Shown: positions 1 through 6,867, numbered from the stretch's first letter. The stretch: DNA of 13,437 bases from a virus (IMGVR_UViG_3300045988_131345:1-13437); one strand, 5' to 3'. Numbers and translations are program-made. Notes: generated by a model not told the origin, from the sequence alone.

Positions 1-20
1 TTATTTTATCACTATACCGC

Positions 21-59
21 ATTAACGTATTCCCCTATTAACGCATTAACGCTTTAACG
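21..59 (+). repeat. Four direct iterons (A/T)TTAACG inside the ITR (mirrored at 13379-13417)
   Basis: ATTAACG occurs at 21-27, 37-43 and 45-51, and TTTAACG at 53-59. The longer GCATTAACG occurs at 19-27 and 43-51. The last three copies are spaced 8 nt apart. Confidence 0.85.
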
Positions 60-77
60 TGATAAAATAATAAAGCA

Positions 78-97
78 CACTTTAATACTTTAAAGTG
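78..97. repeat. 8-bp inverted repeat (hairpin or palindrome) inside the ITR
   Basis: CACTTTAA (78-85), TACT loop, TTAAAGTG (90-97). The arms are perfectly complementary. Mirrored at 13341-13360. Confidence 0.7.
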
Positions 98-169
98 ATA
101 CAAGTGCGTTGAAGTACAATAACGTAGATTTGTCTGAATATTACGACTTTTATAAATTTGAAAAATCTA

Positions 170-197
170 TTGCTTTTTATAGAGACTATGCTATAAT
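170..197 (+). promoter_or_regulatory. Sigma-A-type promoter inside the left ITR, firing inward
   Basis: -35 TTGCTT (170-175), 16-nt spacer, extended -10 TGcTATAAT (189-197). The predicted start near 204 precedes the SD GAGAGG (215-220) and ATG 229. Confidence 0.55.
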
Positions 198-228
198 AGA
201 CTTATCAAATGAAAGAGAGGTAATTGAT

Positions 229-450
229 ATGAGAATTAGAGAAAGAAGCTTATACGAAATTGAAGTAGACTATAATTGCGGATTGATTGAAAACAAGTAT
301 GCTAATACTGCAATGAGCATAGAAGAAGTTAAAGAACTTTGCAAAACTGACTATGTAGACGGTTACTTAAATTTAAAGAGAGAATTTGTAATACTATTAT
401 CTAATAATAGATATTTTAAAGTATTAAATAGGAGAGCTTTAGGATGGTAG
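229..450 (+). CDS. Hypothetical early protein (73 aa), first gene inside the left ITR
   Basis: ATG 229 lies 8 nt after GAGAGG (215-220). The ORF track extends it in frame to TTG 109, but that stretch has no SD and lies upstream of the predicted promoter. No recognisable motifs. Confidence 0.6.
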   Translation: MRIRERSLYEIEVDYNCGLIENKYANTAMSIEEVKELCKTDYVDGYLNLKREFVILLSNNRYFKVLNRRALGW

Positions 451-504
451 ACGCAATAGCAATTACTTTATTATGCTTAGGATTTTATTTAGGGGGGTAC
501 GACA

Positions 505-759
505 GTGCAAAGGAAAAATATGGAAAGAAACATTGACTTTGATAAGAGCGGATATTGCAAAGATAGGGACACATACAAAAGTCCCTATTTTGCGACTAAA
601 GCTTTTAACAATAATGAGCACAACAAAGGGTGTAACACATACGATATTGAGAAACGCCCTATATTAAGAAAAACAGAGCAAGGTGACTATATAATATTAG
701 GAGAAACAATCGAAATTGGATATGAAAAGGTGATTACAAATGGAAACAGTAAGAATTGA
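505..759 (+). CDS. Hypothetical early protein (84 aa; 79 aa if ATG 520 is used)
   Basis: GTG 505 lies 7 nt after GGGGGG (492-497); ATG 520 is an in-frame alternative. No recognisable motifs. Confidence 0.6.
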   Translation: MQRKNMERNIDFDKSGYCKDRDTYKSPYFATKAFNNNEHNKGCNTYDIEKRPILRKTEQGDYIILGETIEIGYEKVITNGNSKN

Positions 760-1306
760 TTTAAGACGTAAAGATATAGATATTGAAGCAGTAAGAAGTA
801 TTAGGAGAAAACTTGCGAAAAGAGCAAACCAAAGATTGCGTGTTTTAGAAAAAAATAAACTTACAAAGAACGCTTACAGAGTAGCTACATACTATACACA
901 GCAGACAAGAGGAGAAGACAGATTTAGTGAAGCAAAAATGGTTAAGGCAGATATGCGATACTTAAAGCAAGAAATACTTGAATTGGAAAGATTTTTAAAT
1001 TCCACGACTTCTACCTTGACGGGATATAAGAAATTAAAACAACAGAGATTGAAAGTTTTTCGAGAATACGGGCTTGAGGTTAAAGACGAACAAGAGTTTT
1101 TTGACTTTTTAAATTCTGAAATCTACAAACAACTTGCTAATAAAGCTATTTCTTCTGATATTCTACAAGAATTTTACGATACAGTGAAATCGAAAAAGGA
1201 CGCAAAGAAAGAGGAAATACAGAAAGCCCTTGAAAAGTTTAGGGAAGGAAATATAGACACAATAGAAGAGCTATACGAAGAATTTGACTTAACGTTTATG
1301 GAGTAG
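740..1306 (+). CDS. Hypothetical Lys/Glu-rich protein (188 aa); candidate terminal protein by position only
   Basis: ATG 740 follows AAAGGTGA (726-733). It overlaps the previous ORF by 20 nt and stops 3 nt before the polymerase ATG. It sits immediately upstream of a protein-primed PolB, like phi29 gene 3 and the Cp-1 TP gene. The C-terminus is acidic. I recognise no sequence similarity. Confidence 0.8.
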   Translation: METVRIDLRRKDIDIEAVRSIRRKLAKRANQRLRVLEKNKLTKNAYRVATYYTQQTRGEDRFSEAKMVKADMRYLKQEILELERFLNSTTSTLTGYKKLKQQRLKVFREYGLEVKDEQEFFDFLNSEIYKQLANKAISSDILQEFYDTVKSKKDAKKEEIQKALEKFREGNIDTIEELYEEFDLTFME

Positions 1307-1309
1307 ATT

Positions 1310-3343
1310 ATGGTAAAGTTTAATTTAACGGGAGAATTTAAAAATGAAGAAGCATTGTTTTACGAGGTGGAAGACCTTACCCCGTTAGATTATGCTATGA
1401 ACTGTGATATAGTATATAGTAAAGCAAGAAACAATAAGAAAGCATATTACAATTATCCGAACACTTTTGATATTGAAAGTACGACAGTAGATTGTGAAGA
1501 ACCTTATGCTTTTATGTATATTTTTATGTTCTGGTACAATGGAAAGGCTATTTGTGGCAGACGCTGGGAAGAATTTGTTAAATTTATTGATAATGTAGTA
1601 AAGTACAATAATGATGATATAAAGGTAGTATTTTATGTACATTATTTATCTTATGAATTCCAATTTATTAAAGATTTTTTTAATTGGAAAGAAGTATTTG
1701 CAGTTGAAGCACATAAAGTACTTAGAGCTACTTATAAGAATATCGAATTTCGATGCTCTTTTTATTTATCCAACATGAATTTAGAGAAGTTTTGTGAAAG
1801 TGGGAAGAATGTAAAACATCTGAAACAAGCAGGGCATTTTGACTACAAAGTATTAAGAACGCCAGATACGATTTTAACGAATGAAGAATTGACATATTGT
1901 TATTGTGACGTAGTCGGATTACATGAAAGATTATTGGAGTCTTTGGAAGACGATACAATGATTACAATACCATACACAAGTACAGGATATGTGAGAAGAA
2001 ACTGCCGTTTAGCAATGCGAAAAAACAAAGCAAATAGAGAACTATTTTTAAAGACGCGTTTAAATAAGGAAACTTACACTTTATTAAAAGAAGCCATGCG
2101 TGGCGGAAACACACACGGAAATTCTTTGCACGTAGAACAGATAGAGCATGATGTTAAATGTTTTGACATTGCTAGCTCATATCCAGCCGTAATGATGATG
2201 AAATATTATCCTGTTACTTGCTTTACAAAGGTAAAACCTACTATAAAAAGCTTTGAAAAATACTTAAAAGAGTATTGTTGTTTATTTAGGGTGCACTTTA
2301 TCGGATTAAAGATAAAGAAAGAAGTTCCAGTACCGTATATTTCCGAGCATAAGTGTTTAAAGAAAATGAACCCTTTAATTTTTAACGGGCGAGTAGTCGA
2401 AGCAGAAGTTATCTCCATGACAGTTACAGAAATTGACTTTGACATTATCCGTTCTGAATACACTTACGAAAAATTTGCTATTTCCGATTTTTATATTGCA
2501 AAACGAGGAGAACTACCAAAAGAGTTAAAAGATGAAATTATGACTTATTTTTATAATAAAACTACTTTAAAGAAAGTTGACCCGTACTTGTACGCAAAGA
2601 GTAAAAATCTATTAAATTCAATTTTCGGAATGGCTTGTACAGACCCTGTGCGTGAAATAATGTTATATTCTGAAACGGTCGGGTGGGTAAAAGAAACGGA
2701 AGATATAGAAGAAGCACTTGATAAATATTATCGTTCTTATAATAGTTTTTTGCCGTATCAATGGGGGATTTGGGTTACTGCTCATGCAAGATTGCAGTTA
2801 GAAAAGTCTTTAAGATTGACTAAAAGCCATACAGTCTACATTGACACAGACAGTAATAAGTGTGTAGACATACCCGACAACATTTTAGATGAATTAAATG
2901 AAGAAATAAAGAAAGAAGCAGAGGAACATAAAGCATACGTTGATTTTAACGATGAACGTTATTATCTAGGAGTATTTGAACAAGAGGACACTTGTAAAGA
3001 TTTTATAACAATGGGTGCGAAGAAATACGCTTATACGGAAGATGACGATACATTTCATATAACAATTTCTGGTGTATCTAAAAAATTAGGTGCGCAAGAA
3101 ATGATTGAAAAAGCAAAAGAAGAAAACGCTCTACCTATTGAACAGTTTAAAAGGGGGTTTATATTTTATAATTGCGGAAGAACAGTACACCGCTACAACG
3201 AAGAAAGACCGCATTATATTACAGTAAATGGTTGCAAGATACTGAATGCAAGTAACATCGCAATTACTGACAGTACATACAAGTTAAGCACGACTGATGA
3301 TTTTGAAAGTTTTATTGAAAATAACCTTGACATTATGATTTAA
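1310..3343 (+). CDS. Protein-primed family-B DNA polymerase (677 aa)
   Basis: Motifs read in the translation: Exo I FDIES (nt 1466-1480), Exo II region YLSYEFQF, Exo III YCYCD, motif A DIASSYP, motif B KSKNLLNSIFG, motif C YIDTDS (nt 2837-2854), and KxY as GAKKYAY. GGAG sits 6 nt before the ATG. Confidence 0.97.
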   Translation: MVKFNLTGEFKNEEALFYEVEDLTPLDYAMNCDIVYSKARNNKKAYYNYPNTFDIESTTVDCEEPYAFMYIFMFWYNGKAICGRRWEEFVKFIDNVVKYNNDDIKVVFYVHYLSYEFQFIKDFFNWKEVFAVEAHKVLRATYKNIEFRCSFYLSNMNLEKFCESGKNVKHLKQAGHFDYKVLRTPDTILTNEELTYCYCDVVGLHERLLESLEDDTMITIPYTSTGYVRRNCRLAMRKNKANRELFLKTRLNKETYTLLKEAMRGGNTHGNSLHVEQIEHDVKCFDIASSYPAVMMMKYYPVTCFTKVKPTIKSFEKYLKEYCCLFRVHFIGLKIKKEVPVPYISEHKCLKKMNPLIFNGRVVEAEVISMTVTEIDFDIIRSEYTYEKFAISDFYIAKRGELPKELKDEIMTYFYNKTTLKKVDPYLYAKSKNLLNSIFGMACTDPVREIMLYSETVGWVKETEDIEEALDKYYRSYNSFLPYQWGIWVTAHARLQLEKSLRLTKSHTVYIDTDSNKCVDIPDNILDELNEEIKKEAEEHKAYVDFNDERYYLGVFEQEDTCKDFITMGAKKYAYTEDDDTFHITISGVSKKLGAQEMIEKAKEENALPIEQFKRGFIFYNCGRTVHRYNEERPHYITVNGCKILNASNIAITDSTYKLSTTDDFESFIENNLDIMI

Positions 3344-3425
3344 TTGTACTATTATATACTTGTAACAAAGAAACAGATTTATTAAGAAAGAACAACACTA
3401 TATCTGATTAAAAGGAGAAAACAAC

Positions 3426-3773
3426 ATGAACAACAAAATTATGGTAAACGTAACAGCAAAGGACATTTTTAATGCACAGGTAGGAAAAGGATTTAAAGAA
3501 GCAGGCAGCGGAAAAATTGAAGGAAAGCTTACTGGATATGCAGTTTATGACACAGAGTCTGAGAATGAAGAAACTGGAGAAATTGAAACAAAAACAATCT
3601 CCTTAATGGTTGTTGACGGAGTAATCTATTCTGGTGAAAGTATTGTAATTGCAAGCAGAATAAGACAAATAAGACAGTTCACAACAGAAGAAGAAATTAA
3701 AGCGGGCATTCCTATTCAGTTCGGCGAATTGAAAGTAGGAAGGGGAACAGCAACAACGTTCATATTGAAATAA
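3426..3773 (+). CDS. Small acidic protein (115 aa); possible ssDNA-binding or replication accessory protein, function unproven
   Basis: Consensus SD AAAGGAG (3411-3417) lies 8 nt before ATG 3426. The gene sits between the polymerase and the packaging ATPase. The sequence looks beta-rich with an acidic central loop (ESENEETGEIE). The SSB idea rests on size and context only. Confidence 0.85.
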   Translation: MNNKIMVNVTAKDIFNAQVGKGFKEAGSGKIEGKLTGYAVYDTESENEETGEIETKTISLMVVDGVIYSGESIVIASRIRQIRQFTTEEEIKAGIPIQFGELKVGRGTATTFILK

Positions 3774-3783
3774 GAAAGGGGGA

Positions 3784-4815
3784 ATGGCGGTCTATCGACT
3801 GCCTTTCTTTATGTATTTAAACTTAGAAACATTAGAAAATAAATTAGATGTGTTTAATATAATTTTAGGAAATCGTGGCGGCGGAAAGACATATACTTGT
3901 TTAAGAGATTGTATAAAGAATGGAAAGAAATTTATATATTTAAGAAGAACACAAAAAGAGATACAGCGTATTGCAAAGAAGAAAGTAGATGTGTCCTTAT
4001 CTCCTTTTGAACCTCTTAATAAAGACTATCCAGATTGGCATTTAGAAGTAGAAGCCCTTGACGATGATATATACACAGTGACAAATGGATTTATTGGAGA
4101 TGAAAAGAAAAGTGTTGGTCTTATGTGTCCTTTAAGCACTTTTGCAAGTATGAGAGGTTTTTCTGCCCCCGACATAGAAGTGATTATATTTGATGAATTT
4201 AATCCAGAATTACATGTAAGAGGTATTAAAAATGAAGATGACGCATTTTTTAATATGTACGAAACAGTAAATCGAAACAGGGAACTGCAAGGAGAAAAGC
4301 CCGTACAAGTATTTTTGTTAGGTAACACAAATAATATTGCAATTCCAATTCTAGAAACACTCGGCTTAATTGAAGTAATAGAGGGTATGCAGAGAAAAGG
4401 AAAGAAATTTTATAATAACAGAAATCGAAACTTATTTTTAATGCTAATGGAAGACAGTGATTACATAGAGAAAAAATCCAAGACAGCTTTATATAAACTT
4501 ACAGCTGGTACAGAATTTTATGAAATGGCACTTGAAAACAAGTTTGCATATAATGACTTTAGCGACATAGAAGTTAAAAAACTGAATGAATACCGATTGG
4601 AGTTTACTTGTAATGATTTTGCAGTTTGGAAACACAAAAGCCGATTCGAATTTTATGTAACAAAGAATACAACAGGACGAGTAGACTATGAAAACACAGA
4701 AGCTGAAGCTGTGGCTTTACGAAATCGTATGAGATATTTATATAATGCTTATGTTGGAAGAAAAATAATTTATCAGAATTACAGGGTAAAAAAGTCCTTT
4801 ACAAATTATGTGTAA
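3784..4815 (+). CDS. DNA encapsidation ATPase, phi29 gp16-like (343 aa)
   Basis: Walker A GNRGGGKT (nt 3868-3891) and Walker B VIIFDEF. Blocks FIYLRR, TVNRNRE and GTEFYEMALENKF parallel my recollection of phi29 gp16 (FIYVRR, TVFRNRE, GTEYGEMSLDNQF). SD AAGGGGG lies just upstream of the ATG. Confidence 0.95.
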   Translation: MAVYRLPFFMYLNLETLENKLDVFNIILGNRGGGKTYTCLRDCIKNGKKFIYLRRTQKEIQRIAKKKVDVSLSPFEPLNKDYPDWHLEVEALDDDIYTVTNGFIGDEKKSVGLMCPLSTFASMRGFSAPDIEVIIFDEFNPELHVRGIKNEDDAFFNMYETVNRNRELQGEKPVQVFLLGNTNNIAIPILETLGLIEVIEGMQRKGKKFYNNRNRNLFLMLMEDSDYIEKKSKTALYKLTAGTEFYEMALENKFAYNDFSDIEVKKLNEYRLEFTCNDFAVWKHKSRFEFYVTKNTTGRVDYENTEAEAVALRNRMRYLYNAYVGRKIIYQNYRVKKSFTNYV

Positions 4816-4826
4816 TGTGTTATTAT
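4798..4826 (+). promoter_or_regulatory. Candidate promoter at the 3' end of the ATPase gene
   Basis: -35 TTTACA (4798-4803), 17-nt spacer, extended -10 TGtTATTAT (4818-4826). The predicted start near 4833 coincides with the first base of the structured element. Confidence 0.35.
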
Positions 4827-4833
4827 AATAATC

Positions 4834-4901
4834 GAGGAAGGGAACAACTCAAGGCTCGGAAAGCCGTTCATGGGTGGGAGCACCTAAACCTTCCTCTTTT
4901 T
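4834..4901 (+). ncRNA. Structured RNA element ending in a U-tract (candidate small RNA, or atypical terminator/attenuator)
   Basis: Outer 8-bp stem GAGGAAGG (4834-4841) pairs with CCTTCCTC (4889-4896), followed by TTTTT (4897-4901). The 47-nt interior can form two GC-rich 4-bp hairpins: GGCT/AGCC (4853-4856/4862-4865) and GGTG/CACC (4873-4876/4881-4884, GGAG loop). It is visibly more GC-rich than its surroundings and lies in the largest internal non-coding gap. Confidence 0.33.
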
Positions 4902-4904
4902 CCT

Positions 4905-4929
4905 AAAGGACATGAAATTCATGTTCTTT
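4905..4929. promoter_or_regulatory. Palindrome/hairpin upstream of the lysis genes (possible operator or RNA processing site)
   Basis: 10-bp stem AAAGGACATG (4905-4914) pairs with CATGTTCTTT (4920-4929), including one G-T pair, with loop AAATT. The core ACATGAAATTCATGT is a perfect 15-bp palindrome. It does not cover the holin SD (4935-4941). Confidence 0.4.
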
Positions 4930-4948
4930 ATGGAAAGGGGGAAACGAA

Positions 4949-5161
4949 ATGAATGAAATCGTGACAGTAGTCACAAATGCTATTAGCAATGTCGGTTTTC
5001 CAATCTGTTGTGTCGGTGCATTAGGTTATCTTCTGTATCGTGAGCAGGAATTACACAGAGAAGAAAGCAAGATGTTTACGAGCGCAATTAAAGATTTAAC
5101 AGTCGCGCTCACACAACTTTCAGAGAAGTTGGGGGGTAATGAAGATGCTGAGGATTATTGA
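4949..5161 (+). CDS. Small single-TM membrane protein (70 aa), YvrJ-like; putative holin
   Basis: SD AAGGGGG lies 7 nt before ATG 4949. One hydrophobic segment (VGFPICCVGALGYLLY) is followed by a charged helical tail. The N-terminal pattern NxGFPI...YLL resembles the YvrJ family as I recall it. The gene sits immediately upstream of, and overlaps, the endolysin gene. Confidence 0.8.
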   Translation: MNEIVTVVTNAISNVGFPICCVGALGYLLYREQELHREESKMFTSAIKDLTVALTQLSEKLGGNEDAEDY

Positions 5162-5738
5162 TGTAAGTAATTGGCAAGAAGGGCTTGTAGATTTAGCACA
5201 TCTGGAAAAGTACAACGCTGACGGGGTAATGATGAAAGCAACAGAGGGCAGAACTTTTACCGATAAGTCTCTTGATAGCTTTTATGACCGATTGCACGGA
5301 GCGAAAGACGGAAAACCAGATAAGAATAAAATTTATGGTTTCTATCATTACGCAAGACCAGAAAATAATTCCCCAGAACAGGAAGCAATGCATTTCCTCG
5401 ACAAAGTCGGACACCATGCAGGTAATGCGATTTTTGCTTTGGATTGGGAAGGAAAAGCATTAAACTATCCCATTACATGGGCTATTCGCTGGCTTGACTA
5501 TGTTTATGAAAAAACAGGTGTTCGCCCCTTGATTTACACACAGGGAAGTTACACAAAGTATTTGCAGAAAGTCTTAAACAGAGATTATGGACTTTGGGTT
5601 GCACATTACGGGGTAAAAAAGCCAAACATTGGAGTTTATCCGTTCTATGCAATGTGGCAGTACAGTGCAGACGGCATTGACCAGAATTATTTTAATGGTG
5701 ATGAAAAAACATGGAGAAAGTATTGTGAGGTGAGATAG
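5145..5738 (+). CDS. GH25 muramidase endolysin, catalytic domain only (197 aa; 199 aa from ATG 5139)
   Basis: GH25 signature blocks: IIDVSNWQ, KATEG, YGFYHYARP, ALDWE, MWQYS. GGGGGG (5131-5136) is 8 nt from ATG 5145 and only 2 nt from ATG 5139. No cell-wall-binding domain follows the catalytic domain. Confidence 0.92.
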   Translation: MLRIIDVSNWQEGLVDLAHLEKYNADGVMMKATEGRTFTDKSLDSFYDRLHGAKDGKPDKNKIYGFYHYARPENNSPEQEAMHFLDKVGHHAGNAIFALDWEGKALNYPITWAIRWLDYVYEKTGVRPLIYTQGSYTKYLQKVLNRDYGLWVAHYGVKKPNIGVYPFYAMWQYSADGIDQNYFNGDEKTWRKYCEVR

Positions 5739-5790
5739 TGTCTAGTATTTCAAAAATCTTAACAGAAAATAACAACGGAGTGCCTACATA

Positions 5791-6867
5791 ATGACTTGGA
5801 TAACAGGAAACAGGTATCTATCACAGTCGGAAATGGATGACAACGCTCTAATTGTTGCTCAAATACTTTTAGAGTTTGGATGGACTCATAACGCTATTGC
5901 AGGGACTTTAGGTAATATGCAATATGAGTCTAACATAAACCCCGGTTTGTGGGAAAATTTGAATGAAGGAAACACAAGCAATGGTTTTGGATTGACACAA
6001 TGGACTCCTGCAACAAAATTGATAAACTGGTGTAATAGTAAAGGACTTAACTACAAAGACGGAAATGCACAGTTACAACGATTGCAGTATGAAGTCGAAT
6101 GGGACGCACAGAGTCCCAATCAAGGTCAATGGATAAATCGAGATGGGCTATCCTTTGCCGAATACATTAAAAGCACTGATACTCCGACTAATCTTGCAAG
6201 AGTGTTTATCCGTTCTTACGAACGTCCAGCAAATGAAAACCAACCACAAAGGGGAACAGCTGCCGAACGATACTTTAATTTGATAAAGGATTTAGTAGGC
6301 GGAAAACTGGAAAAAGTGATTGAAGCAATTATGGGAAGAACAGTAGAATACAACGGGCACAAGGGATTGAACCTTTATTCACAGGACGCAGTATTGCGTA
6401 CACAAGTTTTTAATTTGCCGACAGGTCATTCTGACTGCTCCTCTCTAATGTGGAAAGCATTTGAAATCTACGGTGATACCTTTATTGGAACATGGACAGA
6501 AGAACAGAGAACACATGGTGAACTAGTTTGGACGAACACAAATCCAGACTGGCACACTGTCCCTTTAGAGGAACAAAGTAAAATCATGCGAGGTGATTTA
6601 ATATTCTATGGTACTTTAGGCGGGCAAAGCGAACACGTAGAAATGTTTCTAGGGGATAATCAACAGGTCGGTCATGGTTCTGGATGGGGACCGACTTTAA
6701 AGGTAACAAGCAACTATCGGCATCCGTACCCAGTAATGGAAGTAAGAAGATATTTATACGGGGGTGGAATTATACCACCGACAAGTCCACTTTGGAAAAA
6801 ATACTTGGGTGGAATTGTTAAAAAAAGGAGGAAAAAACAATGCAAACAAGTGATATTGTTAAATTAG
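5791..6867 (+). CDS. Two-domain peptidoglycan hydrolase: N-terminal phage-tail-lysozyme-like domain plus C-terminal NlpC/P60 endopeptidase (358 aa); probable virion tail lysin
   Basis: N-terminal pattern: GTLGNMQYESNINPG...GFGLTQWT...SYERP. C-terminal NlpC/P60 pattern: DCSSLMWKAF, GDLIFYG, HVEMFLG, VGHGS. It parallels phi29 gp13 (lysozyme-like plus peptidase) in architecture. Confidence 0.9.
   Translation: MTWITGNRYLSQSEMDDNALIVAQILLEFGWTHNAIAGTLGNMQYESNINPGLWENLNEGNTSNGFGLTQWTPATKLINWCNSKGLNYKDGNAQLQRLQYEVEWDAQSPNQGQWINRDGLSFAEYIKSTDTPTNLARVFIRSYERPANENQPQRGTAAERYFNLIKDLVGGKLEKVIEAIMGRTVEYNGHKGLNLYSQDAVLRTQVFNLPTGHSDCSSLMWKAFEIYGDTFIGTWTEEQRTHGELVWTNTNPDWHTVPLEEQSKIMRGDLIFYGTLGGQSEHVEMFLGDNQQVGHGSGWGPTLKVTSNYRHPYPVMEVRRYLYGGGIIPPTSPLWKKYLGGIVKKRRKKQCKQVILLN

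Larger units (their letters stand above)
1..223. repeat. Left inverted terminal repeat (223 bp); presumed protein-primed replication origin
   Basis: I reverse-complemented 13215-13437 by hand in 60-nt blocks. It matches 1-223 at every position, and the match breaks at 224 (t versus g). The repeat starts at the first base of the window. Confidence 0.97.

Noticed and set aside
130-163. Additional promoter-like hexamers in the ITR: TTGTCT 130-135 with TATAAA 151-156, and TTGAAA 158-163
   Set aside because: The spacers are wrong (15 nt in the first case), or no acceptable -10 lies at the right distance. Only the 170-197 element has a coherent extended -10 architecture.
109-228. N-terminal extension of the first ORF to TTG 109 (the 113-aa version in the ORF track), lying inside the ITR
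   Set aside because: There is no SD before TTG 109, and the stretch lies upstream of the predicted ITR promoter. ATG 229 has a well-spaced GAGAGG. The same frame read from the right ITR stops 2 codons after the repeat ends. The open frame within the ITR therefore looks incidental.
473-667. 64-aa + strand ORF overlapping the 505-759 ORF in another frame
   Set aside because: It has no SD and is entirely overlapped by a better-supported ORF. Its composition looks like an off-frame read of AT-rich coding sequence.
4834-4896. Possible tRNA (8-bp terminal stem with internal hairpins)
   Set aside because: Only 47 nt lie inside the outer stem. There is no cloverleaf with four arms, no T-loop GTTCRA-type motif, and no D-arm. 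The element is too short for a tRNA.
6817-6842. An A7 tract (6820-6826) that could allow a -1 shift fusing the tail lysin to the downstream scaffold frame, which is open from 6822
   Set aside because: The A/G-rich stretch is simply the strong SD region (AAGGAGG) of the downstream gene, which has its own ATG. The tract is not phased as an X XXY YYZ heptamer in the upstream frame, and no downstream stimulatory structure is evident.
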